Positions 13,441 through 25,590 of a DNA stretch of 64,000 nt are shown in pieces. Each line of letters begins with the position of its first letter. The first letter of the stretch is position 1. The stretch is taken from the NCBI GenBank assembly GCA_965644265.1, contig OZ286462.1, forward strand, positions 51,212,001 through 51,276,000. Direction: 5' to 3'. Made by a program: the position numbers and the translations under genes. This DNA is from Glycera tridactyla (lineage: Eukaryota). The notes beneath the pieces were generated by a model. The model saw only the letters and a list, made by a program, of their open reading frames with translations, did no database searches and was not told where the DNA came from.

Positions 13441-15299
13441 GATTCAACTCATATTTTTTTCATATATTTTGTGTAGGGCTGTATGATGGCATTATGGGTT
13501 CCTGACTTTTCTCATAGAAATCAGCCATTCAACTGCTGTTCTGGCATTTTCTGCTACTGCAATTGGCCTCTATCTCCTAGTAGTATTCACTACAATTTGC
13601 ATCAGCGGCTCTCATTTCCCAAAGGGTTTGCCACCATTCTGATTTTATCTTGCCGAGCTGTGCAATTGATGCTTTCTTGCCTCCTCTGGGATGTTCACTG
13701 CTTCATGATTTCATGACGGCTTGCCATGCAATTTGACCAGCTTTTATACTGGTACATGGAGAAATTTTGTGCTGCTCTTTCTAAGATGGTATAACAACAT
13801 TCAGGACTGTCAATGCTTTCTGTCAAGTCAGTATCATATACAGGATTGTTATTACTACTTCAATGAAATAATAATAGTGAGTGCAAAACTATCATGTATG
13901 CGAGTAAAGCTAGATGAATGTGAACAATCATTAACATCTCCAGAAATAATGGTAAATGAAGGAGTCATTCCACCAAGGTGTTCCCAATTTTGATGGTTGT
14001 ATATCACATCTTGAAAAGCCTTTTTGCAAACTTTGTGGATGTATAATATCATCAGTTTTAACATATGAGGATAAGTGCCAAGTTCATAATAACATGTTTG
14101 GACACAAATTGTGATCAGCATGAAGTTCTCATTGCAAGATTCATGGAAATATGACACATTCAGCAGTATCTGGCTACATTTGTCCAGGATATTTAAATGT
14201 CAGTGTATATTCATGTGGTGAGGGGTTGACTATTCTAGGTGTATGACTTAATTAAGAGACCGTAGTTGAATTTTGCATGTTAGGTATTTACGTTCGAATA
14301 TGCGGAATTGGTGACCAGATATTCATGTTTTGATGTTGCCATTATCCATTTATACCTATCAATCATACTCACTGATATATTCATCAATTGGTGGTTACTA
14401 CATGTGGAATAGTACTTCAAAGTGACAAGGAATAATATTTCATGTTGTGGCTCCTTCTTGACTCTGAAATTTGAGGAAAAAAGAATCACCTACATTTCAT
14501 ATCTGTCCATGTTTCTGATCCCTTCCATGATTAATACTCATTCTCCAGTAAGTTCATCAGTTGTACATTCTGTGTAAATTTAATCTAAAGTGTATGTAAC
14601 TTGTGAAAATTGCAATATATCACCAGTAACAAAAGAGTTCATTAGATGTTTTGGAGGATATTCGCACTACCAAATTATGCAAGTGAATAAGTGTATACTG
14701 AGGTCAGAAATAATGTGATTATATTTAGGGGACTGCTTTGATAAAATCATAGATAAGTATTGTGTGCCTTAAATAAGATGTACCTATATGTTATTGAGTG
14801 TTGTTACATGCATGGTGTGAGGACATTGTTCTGTTCCATTCTGAGTTTTGTCGGTGGCAGGCTTGACTTCATTTTCATCAGTGTTACTGTCAATATTATC
14901 AGCTTCAGCAATGCTTGGAAGGAGGAGGAAATGACAAATTCTATTGAACCCTTATGGGCACTGTTCTTGTATGTGTGCCTCTGCATAGTTTTCTCCTATA
15001 AGTCTATGTGTCAGCATCTGTTTAGTTCTTCACAGGAGGTGGAGAACAGTGACAAAATCATATACCTGCACGGATGCAATGCAGCAGTGCTGGTGAGCCA
15101 TGATATGTCAGCTCTTCATGGTTTCAGTTGAGCAATATCAATTATCAAACTATAGAAGAAACATTACCAGCATAACAGAACCACCCACTGTAATATTCAT
15201 GGGTTATTTATGTGCTAAATCAGGTTGCAGTGGTTGAGTAGGCTGCAGCCTGATTGTTCATCTCCTTTCAATATGTCTCGATTTCATATGTACGACACC

Positions 15300-16260
15300 A
15301 TTGACATAAAAAGGATATCATTAATTGGACATAAAAAAAGGTCACGTAACATTCGATACAGAATACGAGGAATATAGTGGTTTATTAAAACTGAGGCTGC
15401 TTCTGTTGAAAAAATCTGCTCTTGCTTCCAATAATGTTGCTTTTGCCATTATAATTGCTGACTCATGAAGATGTGGCTTTGCAATATATCATATTGCACA
15501 TTGACTGCCTAACCGTTGTACTTTTTGATGCAAAGTGAGTGAGGGAAGTATTCTTTCTTTATGGCGGAGCATCTGTGTCTATACAGCCATGTATCATAAT
15601 TTTATTGCCTTACTCCATTACCAGTTTACCACATGAAGATTGCTATCTGGTTTATATGCACCATTATCATTAGGAGTGTCAGCCTTTTTCATCATTGAAT
15701 CTCCCCTCCGATCACATTCAGTCAAGTGCCATCTTATGTCATACCTTGCATACGCATCCTTGCTATGATCAACCAAATGCTTGTCCTCGTTTCAAGTACT
15801 GTACCTTGCTCGTAATGAAGCATTGCTATCAGGCTTGAGTGTCAGCCTCAAGCAAGTCACATAATTAGATATTCCATATTCAAGTTCAACATGTTCATGT
15901 TGAATAGTCAGAGGTGTGTCTGAACTGTTAGCTACTTCCAGTTGATAATCTTTCAGTTTTCTCATCACCTTGTGTTCAGGGTTTGTGAGAGTGATGTCTG
16001 CAGGGGAGAGGATGTCTAACTTTCATTGAAGAGGAACACAGGGCATACATCATCCTCTGGGTTGATACATGGCATTGAATGTCAAAAAGACAATCGATCC
16101 CTGAGTCAAGTAGAAGACTCTCTGATTGATGGGTTGGTGCTCAATCCAATATCTCAACTCACCGGATTCTGTATGCCATGTGCTCAATATCTAGGAGAGT
16201 GGGATGTTATTCCTCAGCGAGCATCACTTTTGCTGACTCAGAATGCATAAAAGGTAGCTC
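15300..16260 (-). mobile_element. decayed LINE reverse-transcriptase relic (copy A)
   Basis: Minus strand reads DDVCPVFL then DITLTNPEHKVMR, matching the V.PIFK...RPISLT...K.ME motifs at the RT N-terminus. DNA homology to 28030-28115 is visible directly. Boundaries approximate. Confidence 0.5.
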
Positions 16261-17539
16261 GAAAATTTCTCATGGGAAGTAGGATTTGGATCCTACACAC
16301 CACTACCTACATCCCATAATGCACTCAACACTATGTTTGGCATATTTTTGTAACTGACGAGCTGAATGCTGACACTTTTGTGTGGAGACACTACTTTCTA
16401 ACACAGCTCTAAACTCAAAGCAACAGTGATGTCCATGAAATGAAGCTAAATTTTGGGAAAGATGGTTACATTTTCGGAAACTGCTATTACATTATTATCA
16501 AAAGTGTCTGTTTTGAAACTCTCAACAATATTTTAACAATTTACAAGTCAAAATTTTTCACCTAAATTCAGGATTTCCGAATTTTTTGGAAAAATTGGAA
16601 GCACTCAAGTATATGTATTTGAGCCATAGAATATTCATCTGATGTATTGTATCATGAGCTGCCGGGGTTGCGGCATCTTTAGGTTGAGTACATATCTCCT
16701 GTTGCTTATGATGTAATGCTAACGCATTTCCTAATGTGCATGATTGCCGTACAAGTAATTTCAGAACTGGAGTTCCTCCATTGTGTATATTGACAAAAGG
16801 GCTATGCAAACTGCCTGCCGCCTACACCTGAGTCTATTCCCAAGTGGAATCATGGTGAAGGTTAGAAGGATATTTAGAGATGGTAACCTGATGATTATGC
16901 AAATAAGTAGAGAATGTGCCTAAGGAGAAAAAAGTTCATAAATCTACAAAAAAAATCAGAGATAATGGCATGGATCACAGCATCCTTTGAGAAAATCCTT
17001 GAAAGTTTTTTTCATTATACTTTATCCTGCAATAGGAGGTCCCCCAACAAGAGATTACCTCTGATGGGAGATCACTCTTCTAAGGGCAATCTTCCAATCC
17101 GCCATAGTCAAATATACCAATATACCTCTGACAAAATCTTATGGAAAGAAGCTTTTCATTTGCATTTCGGACTGTCTCACTTCAAAGGTCTCCCTATATC
17201 CACATTTCACCATAGTTAGATTGGTGCTAATGGTTGTCCATGGCTTTCAGGGTTGCAAATTTGAATGCCTAGTTATCCATTGAGAGAGAACTGGTCCGAA
17301 ATTTAGATAATTTAACTTGATAGGGCATCTGATATCTAATTTCAACTACACTCCAATAGAGATGACATTGTTCTTGGTTCCCGGATTGCATGTAACATCA
17401 CATGACCAAGACTCCTAAGCGGAGTCGAAACATTGTAAAAATCATTTCAACAATCGTTTCAAAGTGAGGAAATTTTGTATTCTTCATATCTTCCTATACA
17501 TTTTATGCATACCTTCGAGATAAATGCCCTTCGATAATA

Positions 17540-17642
17540 CAGTCAAACCTGTCCTAAGTAGTCATCCTTCAGGAATTTCAAAAGTGGCTGCTCAGGGTAG
17601 GTGGCTGCCTAGAACAGTGGCTGCTTAGGGCAGGTTGGACTG
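17540..17642. mobile_element. short (103 bp) MITE, GCAGCCAC subfamily
   Basis: TA flanks. Termini CAGTCAAACCTGTCCTAAG and CTTAGGGCAGGTTGGACTG, three internal GTGGCTGC. Internally deleted relative of 74-251. Confidence 0.88.
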
Positions 17643-17699
17643 TACCACTCTACAGGAGATTCCCTGGTACAGGTACCCAATACAACCATAGCTTGCTGG

Positions 17700-18800
17700 T
17701 GCAGAGCATCATTTTGTCATCAACAATTTCTGTACTTGTCATCTACTTTTCTTGTTTGATGGAGATATAATACTGCTAGGCACCATTGGTAGGTAGATGA
17801 AAGTGGACAAAAACGCAGCCAGACAATGGACAGAAACACATCCAGCACCGTGCTATTGATCAATTCTTGTCCAAGAATAAACCATGATAAGGCTTGCAAG
17901 GTGTGATGTGATATTGAAATGAGATGAGGACAGCCAAACCAGCATGCACCTGCCTGTATGACGCAGAAAGCATATCCCCCATCACTCGTTGTTCACACCT
18001 GTATGAGGGAGCATACATTGTTTGGGAGGGCGTAACAGGTTGCTGCTTGTAGACTGAGCATGCTGTGCAGCATCATGTATTTACTGCGGGACTGCTTTCA
18101 TTTACTGCAGGTTAATTGTGTTTGAGTCAGCAACCTTGTGAATGCACATACAGTCAATATTTGTTTGGTATCATTCACCTTTCACCTCATCAGCATGTGT
18201 TATCAACATGGATGCAAGCCTTCCATTTAATTCACAAAAATGTGAGCATGTCATAACATATTTTTCAGTTGACCATACAATTGCTGAGGGGCCACAGTTT
18301 TCTACTTAAAATGGTGGCTCAAAGCAAAGTGTCTGATCCCCCATCTTTCATAACATTTACTCTGATCAAGGGAGTAGCCTTAGGAAGAGCCCTCCAAGGG
18401 CGGGAAGGTCACACTTTTACAAATCAAGATTGAAAGTGTCATTAACAGGCATATTTGGTGATCTGCAATCCTTGCAAGCTTAATATCAGTTTGTGTCTCT
18501 CTATGTGTCCATCAAAAACTCACCATGACCATGAGCTTTTGTGAAATTTTCTGAATTATTTTCAGTCCTGAAAGACCCATGGCTTGGGATGTGGAGCATG
18601 TGAATCAAGTTTGAGATGTTTTGATGGTCTTGATAAAGTGAGAACACAGGCTACTAGAGTAAGATCACTCCATTGAAGATGGAGTTGTTGAATATTGGTC
18701 TTTTATTAACTAGTCAGTGATGAATCTTCTGAACTAGCACTGCATTCACTCTATCAGGTGGAATGTTCCGGGGCCCATATTTCTTATGATCTGGTCATGA
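17700..18800 (-). mobile_element. decayed CR1/L2-type LINE RT relic
   Basis: One minus-strand frame gives YGPRNIP (18779 downward) and then PIFNNSIFNGV (18698 downward), equivalent to KA.GPDNIP...IFN.SL..G..P. A QGS.LG-like DNA tract lies near 18370-18395. Stops and frameshifts throughout. Confidence 0.55.
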
Positions 18801-21202
18801 TGTCATGTTATCGTGTCTCGCTTTACGCTCTTGCAATTTTCCATCCATGATACATGTCAGTGGTTATGATGTAGTGTTGTTATAGCAGTTTAGATCAATG
18901 AAGATGTGAAATAAAATTGACCCAGGATCAGTTGCATAAAATGGTATTGCGTGAGACAGCTGCTGCCTGCAGTGTGGATTGGTGTAGTATTGGTATCAAA
19001 ATGGAATGGATCCACAGCACATCAGGTACCGACCCCTCACCAACAGCTGTGCATTACTGAATATGCCTACTTCATGATCTATCACTTGAGTATCGTTTTT
19101 GGATGATTTGCAGCTAGTGATCAACATTTTGTTACTTCTCCAATTTGGCAATGACCTATGTCTTGTTTGAAAATCAATGTATTAACTGAGTAAAAGGAAA
19201 ATTGGATTTCAGTTATCACCTTGATGAGCAAGAAGAACTAATTCATCTCAATTTAAGATAGGATTTGTTATCATTTTTTTGCCTTGGAACATGCTATGAA
19301 CACATCTCAAGCTTTTACTTAGGTTCCACTAGTTCGCAATAATTTATTGCAGAATGCTTTTGTCTTCACTCTGTCCATATTTATTTTGAAAGCATTTCTC
19401 TCCAGCATCTTTTTACTTGACAGGCAGTAAGATGCATTTTGTTCATGCACACCAGTGAGAAGAACACATATACTAAGTCCATTTGATGAAATCCTGGAAT
19501 TTGAAATTCATTAAGGGATGATGGTCCTAGTGTCACTAATGTTATTATCATTTTCATTACTTAAAATTTGAGCAATTATACCCATAATTATCGAGGCATA
19601 CAATTCTCAAGATCATATAGTACTTTATAGACAGTGTAATATCCTATACTGAGAGTGCATTGAAAGTGATATCAATTTTGAGAAGTTGGTATTTCTGGAA
19701 TTCTCAAGTAAAAGCAACTGCAATTGATGATAGATATGTTCAGCATATTAGCAATGAGATACGTTTCATACTGGGACTCGTGATTTCTAGTGAGTGTGAC
19801 AACTTCAATTATTGCTGTTTTACGACTTGCAATATTGCTGCGCGACAATAATGTAATCATGACCAAATATATTAATCATGTTTTAAATGAGCACACTATC
19901 AGTGCACATAACAATGTGAACTGCAGCAATCTGCGTTTCATCATTTGGTCGTACCTCTCCCATGAATTCCTGGCTCTGATAAACTCCGACTACCAGAATC
20001 ATGGTTTTTTTCTCGGAAAAATGAACTCCACTTGAGGAACTGTCAGCTACTTCTGCTCGACAACCTCATAGGATCCCCATCATCTTGTTTTGAGGGTTTG
20101 TGTAAGCAACGCCATCATTAACCAGAAAAATGAGACTCATATACATGTAATCCTCTGAGATAATACATCATTGAACCTCAACCAAACCAAAATCTCACCC
20201 GCAATATGGTTCGAGGTTGAGACCGCCATCAGCACATTTCACCTGTGCTTATTTGATATTCGACCTATCAATATTTTCATTTCTCATTTTGAAATGGTCT
20301 CATTTATAAAACGGCACATATACAATAGTAAAGCATGAATGTATGAAACTTGAGTGTCTTTTCAGTTTCAAAAACATGTACATGTATGTATTATGAGGAG
20401 GTAACTTTTCATTGTCGGCCAATAAATACAATATACTGTGCATCTACTGGAGCTTTGGGGAATTTTCACTACAAGTGAGAGAAGATTGGATGATTGCTGA
20501 AAATATAATTCATACATAGTTTTATTCTAACCTTGACCTTGTTTATTCATGAAGAGAAAATTAAGTTGGCAGTGGTAGAAGCATGATTGCACTTTATGAT
20601 CCATCAGAGTCACATGATGAGATGGGACAATCACAAGGCAGTAGGTCTTTCTAGGTCATCGATGGCAGAATTAGATTTGTTGGCTGTCCCCCTTCTGGAA
20701 TAATTGCTGCTAATCATCTATGCTGTGTTGCATTCTTCATTAAAATTCCATCAATTAGGCTACTTCCTGTGTGTGTTTGATGAATTAAGCTCCCTCAAAT
20801 ATTGTCACAAAAATCCATGTACAGTGCCCTTCTGTGACCCCAGGCCCCAACATGGAGAAGATCAGCTGTAGCAAGTTGTTCTAGCTTTTTCACCATGTTG
20901 CTATCATGGTGGGAATAAAATTCTTTGCAGAGGATTTTCAATGCTATATGTCACACAGGACCCGCATTTTGTCTGTACACACTCAGAGAGTCCACCTCTT
21001 GACTTCTATATATTGATGGCTGTAGATATGTTACTAATGAAAATGGTAATTTCAGTTTATCACATGCTATGACTTTGTATCTAATATATGCCCCCTCTCT
21101 TTCTCCTGCTATGAAAGGTATTTTTCAGTACAGCACATGCTCAGAGGAGGTTCGACTATATTCTAACACAGATACTCATAGAGAAAGAGTAAGATCAATT
21201 TG

Positions 21203-21440
21203 GAGAGAGAGGGAGAGGGAGAGAGAGAACATGTGGTGCTTTGTTGACTTATAAAAAATGCATAAACCCATGCATAAAGAGAGAGAGAGAGGGTGAGGGG
21301 GAGAGAGGGGGAGGGGAATGAGAGAGATAGAGAGAGGGAAGGGGAGTGAATGAGTGAATGAATGGATGAATGTGTGAGATAGAGAGAGAGTGAGAGAGAA
21401 AAGTAGGGGGAGTGAGTGAGAAAGAGAGAGTGGTTGAGAG
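21203..21440. repeat. (GA)n / polypurine low-complexity tract
   Basis: GAGAGA runs with G-runs and GAAT/GAGT units. Confidence 0.9.
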
Positions 21441-21780
21441 AATGTGTGGAGTATTGTTAGCTTGTCCTAGATGATAGATTTGCTGATAGGAGGCAGATTA
21501 TAGTCGGCAGGGGAGAGTGTTGAGTCTCCTGGGGGTGAACGGCATTCATGTATAGTTGAAAGTAAGATGAATAAAACTCAAATATCCTGATATACTGATA
21601 ACTGCACTTTTTATTCACCTCACCCTATGCTTATCTGATCTCCGTATAAAGTTTTACAACTTATTTATCTCCATAACTCAGTCATCTCACAGTGCATTGA
21701 CCATTTTGTTGTACCGACCCTGGAATAGTGTTGAGTTTAACCACTTGTGGGAAACATATTGTTTGTGCACTGTTGTACAT

Positions 21781-21847
21781 AATAATAATGGAAATTATAA
21801 TGATATTGATAATGATAATGATAATAATGATGATATTGATGATGATA

Positions 21848-21893
<46 letters not shown>

Positions 21894-22140
21894 TAATAAT
21901 AATAATATCACTGATTTATATAGCACCAATATCCATAGCATGTTCAAAGGCGCATGTGCATTATAGCCAGTTTTGGGGAAACTTTTACAATCCGATCCCC
22001 ATTCCACGACACCGTGGGGAGCGGATGTATTCACGCGATATGCAGGCGGCCGGACAAGGCTCACCCGTGGCAATGATCAGGCTCGAACCCGGCAACGTTG
22101 ACATTGAAGTCGAGCACCTTACACGATCGGCCATCGCGGC
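21781..22140 (-). mobile_element. tRNA-derived SINE with L2-like 3' end and (TTA)n tail
   Basis: The minus-strand head GCCGCGATGGCCGATCGTGTAAGG...GGGTTCGAGCC has A box (22122-22133) and B box (22081-22089) at tRNA spacing. The 3' end GCGCCTTTGAACATGC...GGTGCTATATAAAT resembles L2-type LINE/SINE tails. It is followed by about 125 bp of (TTA/TCA)n (21781-21906). CpG-rich, so young. No TSD seen. Confidence 0.8.
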
Positions 22141-22425
22141 ATCTCGATTACGGAATCGTTGGAACTTCTAGTCTTTCAGCGCGAGTAATAAATTATGTTA
22201 ATGAGGTGAAACCGGAAACGGAAATACTAGTGGCGCCATTTACTACACAACGCGACTATGGTGGACAGAATGGGAACTAAACATCGCCAGCGGTCCGGAT
22301 ATCGTTTGCTCCACAAACCCTATGTTTTTCTCGATAAATACAACCTACAGTGCATACATATGATGAATAAAGAAACGTTTCTCACTAATCGACATGAAAT
22401 ACTGAAAAATGAGTCAAAAACAACG

Positions 22426-22507
22426 AAAAATCAGTGGCAGCAGAAGGATTCGAACCCGGGAGGGGCTATACAAGAGGCGAGCACGCTACCGACTGAGCCA
22501 CCGGGGC
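22426..22507 (-). ncRNA. tRNA-like Pol III unit (A box, B box, T5 terminator); not a canonical tRNA
   Basis: Minus strand GCCCCGGTGGCTCAGTCGGTAGCGTGCTCGCCTCTTGTATAGCCCCTCCCGGGTTCGAATCCTTCTGCTGCCACTGATTTTT. A box TGGCTCAGTCGG (22489-22500), B box GGTTCGAATCC (22446-22456) 44 nt downstream, TTTTT at 22426-22430. Acceptor, anticodon and T stems do not pair canonically. Confidence 0.6.
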
Positions 22508-22791
22508 AGCGAGAATTCGGCGATTTTTTGTCTTGACTATATACATGCTTCTGACCTGAGAAACGAAGTCGCCGATAATCGTGATGTTTCGCTGACAAAT
22601 GGAACGATTCAAACGTTTCAAAGCCATAAATGATCGTGTTAACCTGCGAAAGTTGTCGAGAGATGCGTAAAGCTAGCCGCCATCATTGAAATCTGCGGCG
22701 CGCATGCTCGAAAATAATTCCGTATCCGGTCGAACTAGGTGTCGAAAACCGAGCGGACATTGACCTGAAGGAAGACGACGAAAGACGAACG

Positions 22792-22799
22792 TGACGTCA
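22792..22799. promoter_or_regulatory. full CRE palindrome (TGACGTCA) just upstream of the transposase ATG
   Basis: Exact TGACGTCA ending 38 nt before the ATG, in a CpG-rich leader. ATG context is TTCAAAATGT. Confidence 0.4.
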
Positions 22800-22837
22800 T
22801 CGCGTCTTATCGTATCCGCACATCGTCTGCATTCAAA

Positions 22838-24016
22838 ATGTCGGCGGCAGAGGCGAGTTTTAGTCTGTTCAGCGATGACAGTGACTTCGAGAGCCCTGTA
22901 GCTACCAAAAAGAAAAGAATACTGTGTGAGAGTAACAAAGAGATAGAAGACAAGGAGAATGTGGGAGGAAAATCAACAAAGAGCATCGGTATCCAGGCAG
23001 GGCCATCAAGAGGAAGTTACAAGAGAGGAGAACTGAAGACAAATGGTCACATCACATACAGGCAGCTGATTCTCAACATAACTTCATCGAAGGACAGCAC
23101 CATCAGCTTCTTTATGGACGAGGACTGTATTCCAAAGTCACGTAAATGCCACGTATGCAGTGAGAAGATGACATTGACGGCAGTATCAGATAAAAGGACC
23201 AGTGACACCTACATGTGGCGCTGTAGGAGCAGACGAAGTGACCTCAAACATGACGTATGGCTGTCCATAAGGCACGGAACTTGGTTCGGACAATCGAATT
23301 TGACACTTGAAGAGATCCTGGAGCTCACTTACCTTTGGACACTTGGAACTTCGCAAACACAAATGGCAAAACAGATCGAGGGACTGTCATCAAAAACCAC
23401 TGTCGACTGGAGCAGTTTTTGCCGTGAGATGGTCGAGGAGTCCATGTTACAGGAGACAGAGAGCGGCAAGCAGATTGGAGGGAAGGACGTAATCGTGGAG
23501 ATCGATGAGAGCAAGTTCTCCAAGAGAAAGTATCATCGAGGACGGAGTATGAAAGGAGGATGGGTGTTCGGAGGACGAGAAAGGGAGGACAAGTCAGCAA
23601 TGTTCGTCGTCGCAGTTCCAGACAGGACAGAGAAGACATTGGTCGGCATTCTGAAGAAGTATGTGGCACCAGGGACTCTGATTATATCAGACTGCTGGAA
23701 AGGATACATCAATCTCGAAAGTGAAGGATATCAGCATCTGACAGTGAATCATTCGAAGTGCTTTAAAGATCCAGATACTGGAGCACACACCAATTCAATC
23801 GAGGGGATGTGGCAGAAAATGAAGTACGGAGAGCACATGCCACAGTACAGGAATGTATCCGAAGAACATCTAGCTGGCTACCTTGCGAGCTTTATGTGGC
23901 GCGAAAAGAACACCACCAAGGATCTTTTCATGCAGTTTCTCCGTGATGCAGCCTTGGTGTACAGGGGGGAGTGTGCGTCTACCAAGTGCGCTCACTGCCA
24001 CATCTCCGCAGAATAA
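22838..24016 (+). CDS. Merlin / IS1595-family (ISXO2-like) DDE transposase, intact, 392 aa
   Basis: Catalytic motifs VEIDESKF, ISDCWKGY and HTNSIEGMW, plus GWVFGG and HLTVNHSKCFKDPDTG. N-terminal Zn-ribbon-like CHVC...WRC, a KKKR NLS-like patch and a central HTH-like region. Single exon, no stops. Confidence 0.95.
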   Translation: MSAAEASFSLFSDDSDFESPVATKKKRILCESNKEIEDKENVGGKSTKSIGIQAGPSRGSYKRGELKTNGHITYRQLILNITSSKDSTISFFMDEDCIPKSRKCHVCSEKMTLTAVSDKRTSDTYMWRCRSRRSDLKHDVWLSIRHGTWFGQSNLTLEEILELTYLWTLGTSQTQMAKQIEGLSSKTTVDWSSFCREMVEESMLQETESGKQIGGKDVIVEIDESKFSKRKYHRGRSMKGGWVFGGREREDKSAMFVVAVPDRTEKTLVGILKKYVAPGTLIISDCWKGYINLESEGYQHLTVNHSKCFKDPDTGAHTNSIEGMWQKMKYGEHMPQYRNVSEEHLAGYLASFMWREKNTTKDLFMQFLRDAALVYRGECASTKCAHCHISAE

Positions 24017-24336
24017 TCAGTGTTCATATGGCCTCACCCCGACTGTACATATGTTGTGTTGGACGTTGCCGACGTTTTTGTATTATAACATTGACATTGC
24101 TATATCACGGATGAGACTATGTACAACCGGAAAAGACAAGCAAACATGCCTGGATATGACAACAAACCAATACCGGCTATGACAAACAACATGTTTATTC
24201 AAAGAAAGTCACAAGGTAAGTCAATTTCATCATTAATATTGTAAGTAATTTTCCTCCCCCCTGATCTCCAACTTCACGACTTAAAACAACCATCATCCTA
24301 TCCTTTTCAACAACTGTTTACCAATTTATCGATTTT

Positions 24337-24481
24337 TGTTTCTTGTTTTACTTTCGGAGATCAGTCCAACCTGAGAACTAAATTGTATTCAACATCCCAT
24401 CATAATTGACCAATAGATAGCCATTTACAGCAAGATTCCGGTTTATGTTTCTTGTTTTACTTTCGGTGTTCAGTCCAACCT
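24337..24481. repeat. 36-bp direct repeat pair downstream of the transposase
   Basis: TGTTTCTTGTTTTACTTTCGGWGWTCAGTCCAACCT at 24337-24372 and 24446-24481, 2 mismatches. Confidence 0.9.
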
Positions 24482-25590
24482 ATTGCTTAGTCTTTTTTGT
24501 AATTTTATTTCGAGATCACTTCCGGTCAAAATGGCCACGCACCTGTCGAACGAAAAACCGTCAACAACCTTCAGAAAATCACGGAAAACACACTTATAGA
24601 GAGAAGGATCGACTTGTAACACGGTAATCGTTTCATTGAAATAGTATTCTTCACGATATGAGGAAGTTTGTCAAACGCGTTCGTCTGTCGATATATTTCG
24701 AGAGTGGGATCGAATTGTAAAGTTCAGCCCAGTTTTGTGTGAGCTATAATTTTTGTTGATCTGATATAATGTGCAAGTAATGTCCTTATGAGTGAATATT
24801 TCGAATGATTATGCATATGGACATATATATATATATATAGCAAAGAATGATCTCAATCCCATATACAGTTAAGTCTGCAAGGAAAGTCCAAGACTACATA
24901 TCACTCATGAAAATATGTGTCTCTCATATATCTGAAGATAGATCTGTCAAAAGATATTTTACTGCATTCAGGTCTTGACATCTGACAGTATTCATGGCTT
25001 TTAGTGAGATAAAATTCAATTTGGATGTATTTAGGAGTCTTGAAAGAGTGGTACTCGATGGTCCGATTGTAATGATGGCTTCATAAGTTGGGAGAAATAG
25101 TGTGGAAGATATACATTTTCTCAGGTAATCATTGGCTAAATGATTTTCAACCAAAATTATCGGGCATGGTATAAACTTTTCGAAAGGTTTTTGGGTGTAT
25201 TTAATCAGATGATTTTGAGCATAGTTTCAATTTCCCGAGCTATACATTGGAATGGGGAATCTGATGCATAGAAAGAGAGAATCTGATGCATAATAGAAGC
25301 TATTGGTCAGGAAGTGTGTACCCCTCCTCCCCTTCCCCAACCCCAGCCTCATTCCCCCACGCATGCATGCATGCAGGAATATCAGAGTGAAACATACACC
25401 ATTGCTATGAATTATGCAGAGAGAGCATGCAATCTCTCAATTTATTGCTAGTTTGATATGAATCAAGCTGTCAGGCTCGATGAAGGCCCAGCAGCTCAGA
25501 GTGTGGTTCAAGCTTCACATGTGCGCTGCACCTTATGCAATGGCTGATGCCTGCCGTGTTAACAATGCCTGGTGGTGCTGCTGTCCTCGT

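Larger units (their letters stand above)
22150..24750 (+). mobile_element. Merlin DNA transposon (extent inferred from CpG-rich block; ends not resolved)
   Basis: A CpG-rich block surrounds the transposase ORF in a CpG-poor background. No convincing GG-terminal TIR pair or 8-9 bp TSD found by eye. Confidence 0.55.

Noticed and set aside
21697-22171. ORFs rich in N/D, I/M or L (also 29019-29326 and 36019-36314)
   Set aside because: These are translations of (AAT)n and (CA)n microsatellites.
22070-22507. Two bona fide tRNA genes
   Set aside because: Both have A and B boxes but neither forms acceptor, anticodon and T stems, so they are called a SINE head and a tRNA-like unit instead.
22091-24070. 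GGCAACGT at 22091 and ACGTTGCC at 24063-24070 as Merlin TIRs
   Set aside because: The match is only 8 bp, the left copy lies inside the SINE head, and the flanks (TCGAACCC versus GACGTTTT) give no TSD.
23307-24182. Short ORFs overlapping the transposase (and 59580-59898 antisense to Gag)
   Set aside because: Shadow frames of a real coding sequence, with no independent motifs.
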